This document shows, one piece after another, positions 58,345 to 64,000 of a DNA stretch of 64,000 bases (its first letter is position 1; every line of letters starts with the position of its first letter). Where the stretch lies: NCBI GenBank assembly GCA_039586365.1, contig JBDHKN010000003.1, forward strand, positions 38,275 through 102,274, written 5' to 3'. This stretch comes from Gemmatimonadota bacterium (GTDB taxonomy: Bacteria; Gemmatimonadota; Gemmatimonadetes; Gemmatimonadales; GWC2-71-9). The translations under genes and the position numbers were made by a program. The notes beneath the pieces were generated by a model. The model was given only the letters and a program-made list of their open reading frames with translations. It was not told where the DNA came from and did not search any database.

Positions 58345-59720
58345 TGCTGCTTTCACGTAACCTCGCATCCTTTTATCTGCAGCATCTGCGCGCGCTGAAG
58401 GGTTTGTGGGCTCGTCCTCGACTGACGCGGCGCGAGATGGAGGTATTCCAAAACGACCTTCTCCAACGACTGGTCGCACATGCCTATGCGAACGTTCCGT
58501 ATTATCGACAACTCTTTGACGGCCACGGTATTGATCCGCGCGAGATCCGGAGTTCCGAGGATCTGTGCCGCGTCCCGATAACCTCCAAGAAAGATCTGCA
58601 GATCCAGCCTCCCAGTGACTTGGTCGCGCGCGGCCTTGACCCTGAGAACCTCATAGCAGTGACGACGAATGGTTCGTCAGGGCGGCCATTCACTGTGCGA
58701 CGCACATGGTTGGAACAGAACTGGCTGCACACATTCCGGTTGCGAGCTCACCGTTACCATGGACGGAGGCTGAGCGACCGAATGGTGCGAGTAGGCCGTG
58801 TGCGATCGGTTGACCCTCGAGACAGCAAAGTCCTCGGGAGAGCGCTCGGGAAGCTACGCGTCTACAGATTCGTTGAGGTCAGCACGCTTCTAGAGCCTGA
58901 CGATATTCTCGCACGACTCCGGGATCTTCGACCTGACGTGTTGAACGGGTATCCCGGTGTCCTTACACGGTTGATGGGGCTCATGGGAGAAAGAGACAGG
59001 AAAGCGATTCGTCCCAGGTTCGTGCTGACAGGTGCAGAGGTCCTGACACGCCATCAGCGAGCGCAGATTGTGAGGGGATTAGGTGTGCCGGTCTTCGACC
59101 TGTATGGTTGTGCGGAGTTCAATCTCGTTGCGTGGGAATGCAGGGACACCAGTCAGATGCACATGTGCGACGACGCGGTCATTGTCGAGGTCGTGCAGGA
59201 TGGGCGTTCCGTGGCCACTGGGGAGCGTGGTGAGGTAGTGGCCACAAGCCTGTATTCGTATGCGATGCCGTTGATCCGGTACAGGCTCGACGACGTTGTG
59301 ACCAAGGGGTACACCTGCTGCCCTTGTGGGCAGCCCTACTCAACGATCCATGCGGTCCAAGGGCGTGTGGCGGAACACTTTCTGCTGCACTCAGGCCGGA
59401 TGATTCACCCGTTCGAGATAAGCGAGGTAATCAGAGATGAGCAGGATTCGTGGGTGGCGCAGTATCAACTCATTCAGGAGCGACGGGATCTCGTCGTAAT
59501 GCAGGTAGTTCCTTTTGTCACTCCGTCACCCGAGGAGCTTGCTTCAATCACAACCTCGGTGACCGCACTCCTAGGGAGTGACATGAGGTTCGAGGTTCGA
59601 TTAGTCAGTGAGATTCTTCCTGACCAGGGCGGGAAGTACAGGCTGTATCGATCGCTACTGAGGTCGAGGGAGGAAGCTGCAGGTCTGGATGAGACGAATC
59701 ATCTTCCAACCGAACCGTAG
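58341..59720 (+). CDS. PaaK/CapK-like adenylate-forming enzyme (second copy)
   Basis: GTGA overlap; 'HAYANVPYYR', 'TNGSSGRP', 'LTGAE', 'YGCAE', 'MPLIRYRLDD'. Confidence 0.9.
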   Translation: MMLLSRNLASFYLQHLRALKGLWARPRLTRREMEVFQNDLLQRLVAHAYANVPYYRQLFDGHGIDPREIRSSEDLCRVPITSKKDLQIQPPSDLVARGLDPENLIAVTTNGSSGRPFTVRRTWLEQNWLHTFRLRAHRYHGRRLSDRMVRVGRVRSVDPRDSKVLGRALGKLRVYRFVEVSTLLEPDDILARLRDLRPDVLNGYPGVLTRLMGLMGERDRKAIRPRFVLTGAEVLTRHQRAQIVRGLGVPVFDLYGCAEFNLVAWECRDTSQMHMCDDAVIVEVVQDGRSVATGERGEVVATSLYSYAMPLIRYRLDDVVTKGYTCCPCGQPYSTIHAVQGRVAEHFLLHSGRMIHPFEISEVIRDEQDSWVAQYQLIQERRDLVVMQVVPFVTPSPEELASITTSVTALLGSDMRFEVRLVSEILPDQGGKYRLYRSLLRSREEAAGLDETNHLPTEP

Positions 59721-61149
59721 CCGGCTACGCAAGATCTTGCTGTACGGCGTGTCGCGCGGCACCACTGACGCGCTGCTTGCCCTGCGTGGCCTCGTCTTGG
59801 CGAGCCTGCTCGGGCCGGAGGCTTTCGGGGGGTGGGCTCTGTTTCGACTCGCCACCCGCTACGGGGCGTTCGCGGGTCTCGGAGTCCACCGAGGGCTTGA
59901 ATTTGAGGTTGCCAAGGGGCGCTCCGCGGACGATACGGGAGCGACGTCGGTAGAAGTCCAGTTTCTGCACACGGCTCAGGGCTTTGGGCTCCTCGTGTTC
60001 GGAACGATTTCGTTGGCCTCGCTTGCCGCCTCGTTTCTCGTGGAAGCAGGAGGGCTGGCGCTGGCCATGCGCTGGTTCGCTGCAGCGATCATCACCGAGC
60101 AGCTGTGGCTCTATGGGTTGGTCTATCTCCGTGCACGCGGCCACCTGCGGCGATATGCTGCGGCGGAGCTTACGAACGCGGCCCTACACGTCGGGTTCGC
60201 CGCGCTGCTTGCGCCATTCTGGGGCCTGGGTGGCGCGTTTGCCGGCTTTGTGCTAGCGACGTTTGTCAGCCTTGCACTGTTGACTTGGCACGTGCGGTTG
60301 AGACCGGCGATCTCCGGTTGCCATCTCGGTCTGTTGATACGAGTGGGATTCCCAATTCTCGTCTCTCTCTTCCTTGCGACAGTCCTTGCTACGGCAGACC
60401 GACTCGTCGTGGCGGGATACGGAGGCACGTCTCTGCTGGGCCTGTACGCTTTTGGGGTATCGATCGCTGGGCTAGCGGGATCGTTTGCCTGGGTCGTACG
60501 CACTGTCGTTTTTCCTGATGTCTATTCCCATGCAGGAGGTGGGGCGGAAGAGCAGGCTCTGCAAAACCATCTCGCCGAAACGGTGATGCCGTTTGCTTGG
60601 TCAATTCCACCCTGTCTTGGAGTATTGGCCTTTGTGCTGAACCCAATGGTATCTACTGTGGTCCCCAATTACCTCGACGCATTGCCGGCAGCCCGGATCT
60701 TCATCTTCACAGGCGTAACAACCGGGTTTGCCAGTCTTGGGGCCTTGGGTGTCGTTGCTGCGGGACGCCAGAAACTGCTGCCGGTGTTTTCGGGTATCGC
60801 ACTTGTTCTGAACGTTACGCTATCGTTCGCTGCACTCCGCTCGGGTATCGGTCTTCCGGGAGTGGCCCTTGGGGCTTTGGTCAGCAGTGCCACGTTCGGC
60901 ATTGCCATCTTGGCCATCGCTGCGCGGGTCGCGCGAATCTGCAAGCCGGCCCGTTTTGTGTTGAGGACAGCACTGCCGCTCACCTGGTGTGTGACATCCG
61001 TCTCTGTAATCGGTACGTTGCGCTCGGACCCCGGCGGATTGCCTACCGTTGTGTCACTGGTCCTCTACGTGCTATCCCTGCTACCCTTGGTCCCGATCAT
61101 GTTGACGGAACTTCGCAAGGTTCACTGGTCCGTCATGTACAGTACGTAG
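59689..61149 (+). CDS. Oligosaccharide flippase (Wzx/MOP family)
   Basis: About 12-14 TM segments; 'LLGPEAFG', 'ADRLVVA', 'LGLYAF', 'VFP'. Confidence 0.82.
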   Translation: MRRIIFQPNRSRLRKILLYGVSRGTTDALLALRGLVLASLLGPEAFGGWALFRLATRYGAFAGLGVHRGLEFEVAKGRSADDTGATSVEVQFLHTAQGFGLLVFGTISLASLAASFLVEAGGLALAMRWFAAAIITEQLWLYGLVYLRARGHLRRYAAAELTNAALHVGFAALLAPFWGLGGAFAGFVLATFVSLALLTWHVRLRPAISGCHLGLLIRVGFPILVSLFLATVLATADRLVVAGYGGTSLLGLYAFGVSIAGLAGSFAWVVRTVVFPDVYSHAGGGAEEQALQNHLAETVMPFAWSIPPCLGVLAFVLNPMVSTVVPNYLDALPAARIFIFTGVTTGFASLGALGVVAAGRQKLLPVFSGIALVLNVTLSFAALRSGIGLPGVALGALVSSATFGIAILAIAARVARICKPARFVLRTALPLTWCVTSVSVIGTLRSDPGGLPTVVSLVLYVLSLLPLVPIMLTELRKVHWSVMYST

Positions 61150-61435
61150 TCCCGCTGCCAGCTTGATCGCAAGACGGCCCTGTCGAGGAGACGCAGGCCA
61201 GGTGTGAAAGGGTACCTGAGCGGTGGGTGGCCTGAGCGTGCTCTCCTCGCAGCGTCACAGCTTGATACGTGCCCGAGATCCAGTTTGACCTAGCCGTATT
61301 GGTGCTCCGGTTGCAGATTAGGGCCGGTCCTCACGCCACGGTGCTACGGAGACTGTCCGGGAGCGGGCGCCGCATGACGCTCCCCGACGGTACTGATCCC
61401 TGTCTGTACAAGGAGTCGACCAGAGGAGCGACGCG

Positions 61436-61837
61436 ATGCCAGAACAGCGCAGGGTGAGGTTCCTGCGTCTGAGTGTTGAGGATCTGCCGGACAATCCACT
61501 CAGTGCCAGAGTCGAGTTGGAGTGGCTCGGCGTAACGTATCAGGGTACGGCTGACGTGGTCTGGCAGGAGAACGCGGAGTTCATTTGCGCCGCCAAGGCA
61601 ACCTGCAGTGCCTTGGAGGCGGTCCTGCAACGTGCGCCCGTGTCCTTCGAATACCTGAAGTGCGAGCCCACCACGGCCGTTGGCCGTTTGTTGGCAGTAG
61701 CGGCGGTGTCGGTGGAGGCCAAAGACGGCGCCCAGTACACGGTGGGAGTTTGTCCAGTCGGAGACGATCCGGCGGATGCCGCCGTTCGTGCGGTCCTGAG
61801 CGCCACGAATCGTGAGGTTTCTCGGCTGCTTAGCTGA
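61436..61837 (+). CDS. Hypothetical protein, LeuA regulatory-domain-like
   Basis: RBS GAGGAG; 'AAKATCSALE', 'G.C.V.DD..DAAVRAVLSATNR'. Confidence 0.65.
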   Translation: MPEQRRVRFLRLSVEDLPDNPLSARVELEWLGVTYQGTADVVWQENAEFICAAKATCSALEAVLQRAPVSFEYLKCEPTTAVGRLLAVAAVSVEAKDGAQYTVGVCPVGDDPADAAVRAVLSATNREVSRLLS

Positions 61838-61900
61838 TGGCAGAGGGGCGGCCGATCGACGAGTGAGGTGCACGGATCGATCCTGAGATTGGAGGGGCAA

Positions 61901-62146
61901 ATGGCTCTGTTGTGGTTCCTGCTGATCGGCGCATGTGCGGGCTGGCTGGCAGGTCAGATCATGAAAGGTCGTGGCTTTGGCCTCGTGGGTAACATCGTGG
62001 TTGGCGTGATCGGTGGTATCCTAGGTGGCTATCTGTTTGGTTTCTTGGGTATCTCGGCAGGCGGTGACTTGGTTGGATCCTTGGTCACGGCCCTGGCTGG
62101 AGCGATTGTCCTGCTTTTCATTGTGGGGCTAATCAAGAAGAACTAG
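61901..62146 (+). CDS. GlsB/YeaQ/YmgE family stress-response membrane protein
   Basis: 'IG..AGWLAGQIMKG.G.GL.GNIVVG.IG...GG', 'A..GAIVLL'. Confidence 0.93.
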   Translation: MALLWFLLIGACAGWLAGQIMKGRGFGLVGNIVVGVIGGILGGYLFGFLGISAGGDLVGSLVTALAGAIVLLFIVGLIKKN

Positions 62147-62401
62147 ATCTGGCGGGTGACAAAGCGGGATCTCACGCGCCCTGGCGATAAGGTTGCGGTG
62201 ACTGCACTCTATGAAGTACTTTGGCGACCCATCTGACGTTCAGCGGGGTTTTGCTGAAATGAAGGGACTGAGCTGATGACAACTCCTAGGCACCCAATCG
62301 AGTATACCGGTATGCGATCGGGATCACGGTCTAGACCAGACGGAGTAGTGTACATCGGTGGTGTAGTCCGGACTAACCCCCACAGGACAGACACCGCTGA
62401 C

Positions 62402-62662
62402 ATGGAGAAGCTCGTACAGGAAGAAAGAGAGCGAGTGCTCGCTGAGATCAGAACCGTGACGGAAGACCAGGCTTGGATGGTTGACTGCGAACCGGCCGTC
62501 GATGTGCCAATCGAGATTATTCAGGTTATCGATCCGTTCAGCGAAGAACGCATTACGATGTGGCGGTGCCCGGTCAAGAAGGCAGACTCGACTGGCGGGC
62601 GATCCTGGCGCCGCACTGCCGAACAAGGAATAAAGAAGCGGTTGGGGAGCGTGCTGCCCTGA
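62402..62662 (+). CDS. Hypothetical protein (start uncertain, alternative 62276)
   Basis: Open frame with plausible composition; no recognisable motif. Confidence 0.35.
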   Translation: MEKLVQEERERVLAEIRTVTEDQAWMVDCEPAVDVPIEIIQVIDPFSEERITMWRCPVKKADSTGGRSWRRTAEQGIKKRLGSVLP

Positions 62663-62889
62663 CGAGTACTACGAGTGCACGACAGAGGCACGCTGGATAA
62701 TCCTCGATTCCACGCCGAATCCCGGGATCATCAGGAGCGAGTGACGCGTAGACGCTAACCCGTCGGGCCACAGCACCCACGACCAACATGCTGGTGGCGA
62801 CTTCACCTACCAAGAACCTGGTAGTGTTGCTAGTTTGAGCCACTTCCAAACGAGCAGCGACTCGGATTTACCATACTCCACCCACATAG

Positions 62890-64000
62890 ATGAACGCACC
62901 GAACCGACCCGGGAAGGGATTCGACCGCTCCATCGTTGATGGCCCGATCCCCCGCGCGGTCTGGATGATCGCCTGGCCCACCATGCTGCAGAATGTCATC
63001 GGTGGGCTACAGGGTATCGTGGATCACGCCATGGTCGGGCACTACGTGGGTTTTACGGGCAATGCAGCGATCGGTGTGTCCTGGCAGATCTTCCTGGTGG
63101 TCATGGTCTTCATCAGTTCCCTGTTCACGGGGATGGGTGTACTCGTTGCCCGGTTTGCGGGCGCGAACGAGCCGGAGAAGGTGAACCGGACCGTCTACCA
63201 GGCGTTCCTGACCACCGCTGTGCTGTCGGTCGGTGTGCTCGCACCGTTGGGATACTTCCTGTCACCCATGCTTCTCGGTGTTGTGAACGCCACTCCGGAG
63301 GTTCGAGCTGAGGCGTTGCCGTACCTTCGCATAATGTTCGTTTTCGGCTTCGGCATGTTGGTCTTCTTCATGCTGGGCGGCGCGCTCCGGTCGGCGGGCG
63401 ATGCGCGCACGCCACTGCGCTACGGCATCGCGCTGACGATCCTGAACCTGGTCTTGAATGTCATCCTCATCCGCGGCCTGGGGCCTGTCCCGGCTTTCGG
63501 GACGGCCGGAGCCGCGATGGGAACGGTGATCGCCGCCGGCCTGTTGAGTCTGGCCGCGGTGCACCGACTGTTTTTCTCGCCCCAATGGGTGATTCACTTC
63601 CATCGGGGCATGAGCTTGAAGCCCGATTGGTCCATCATTCGCTCGTTGTTCCGGTTCGGCATCCCGACAGGGATTCAGGGGGTGGCCATGAACATCGGGG
63701 GCGTCTTACTGCTCCGCTTCATTGGATCGTTGGAACTGAGTGGGCAAGCGCAGGCCGTGTATGCGGTTGGCTACACGGAACTCTTTTCGTTGATCACGTG
63801 GACATCCGTAGGACTGATGGGTGCTACTGCTGCAGTCGCCGGCCAAAACTTGGGCGCCGGATATCCCGACCGTTCCATTCGCGGCGTACACGTGGCGGCG
63901 TGGATTGGCCTGACTGTGGCGGCGACGGTTGGCCTGCTTTTCCTCTTGATCCCCCGTGCGCTGCTTGGGCTCTTTGGCATGGACGATCCGGCAGTCGTGA
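62890..64000 (+). CDS. MATE family efflux transporter, 3' end outside the window
   Basis: Not in the ORF track (no stop). MNAPNRPGKGFDRSIVDGPIPRAVWMIAWPTMLQN...DHAMVGH; 'LRSAGDARTPL', 'GTAGAAMGT', 'VAGQNLGAG'. Confidence 0.92.
   Translation, partial: MNAPNRPGKGFDRSIVDGPIPRAVWMIAWPTMLQNVIGGLQGIVDHAMVGHYVGFTGNAAIGVSWQIFLVVMVFISSLFTGMGVLVARFAGANEPEKVNRTVYQAFLTTAVLSVGVLAPLGYFLSPMLLGVVNATPEVRAEALPYLRIMFVFGFGMLVFFMLGGALRSAGDARTPLRYGIALTILNLVLNVILIRGLGPVPAFGTAGAAMGTVIAAGLLSLAAVHRLFFSPQWVIHFHRGMSLKPDWSIIRSLFRFGIPTGIQGVAMNIGGVLLLRFIGSLELSGQAQAVYAVGYTELFSLITWTSVGLMGATAAVAGQNLGAGYPDRSIRGVHVAAWIGLTVAATVGLLFLLIPRALLGLFGMDDPAVV

Noticed and set aside
56299..59720. Phenylacetate catabolism (paaK)
   Set aside because: No other paa genes; the context is glycosyltransferase/flippase, so no gene symbol was assigned.

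Overview
A 64-kb, GC-rich bacterial chromosomal segment of about 60 mostly accessory genes. The gene-family mix (ADOP-type MacB permeases with PadR, PD40 lipoproteins, a beta-propeller lipoprotein, many exported peptidases) suggests Gemmatimonadota, but this is an inference. I found no rRNA, tRNA, CRISPR array, integrase or transposase. Main contents: many peptidases and hydrolases (M20, M61, M19, S9, S10, serine hydrolase, DUF885, amidohydrolase), a TRAP transporter, an NRAMP-like/nitroreductase/ATC-hydrolase operon, a LytS/LytTR two-component system, and a surface-glycan cluster (GT4, two PaaK/CapK-like adenylating enzymes, GNAT, flippase) next to a truncated, motif-altered Mur ligase. Most notable observations: (i) that glycan/acyl-ligase/Mur-ligase locus; (ii) the same ~11-bp motif repeated at 21-bp periodicity on both sides of the LytTR system, one array pointing at an unannotated 34-aa membrane peptide; (iii) a 28-bp near-palindrome upstream of the PadR gene; (iv) a dispersed intergenic hairpin element present twice; (v) a nonsense-mutated YkvI-like gene remnant; (vi) a tandem pair of unknown paralogues; (vii) an M20 peptidase lacking the EE motif. 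Family names come from motif recognition only; no database search was run. Several start codons were moved from the ORF track on the basis of RBS position and motif onset.
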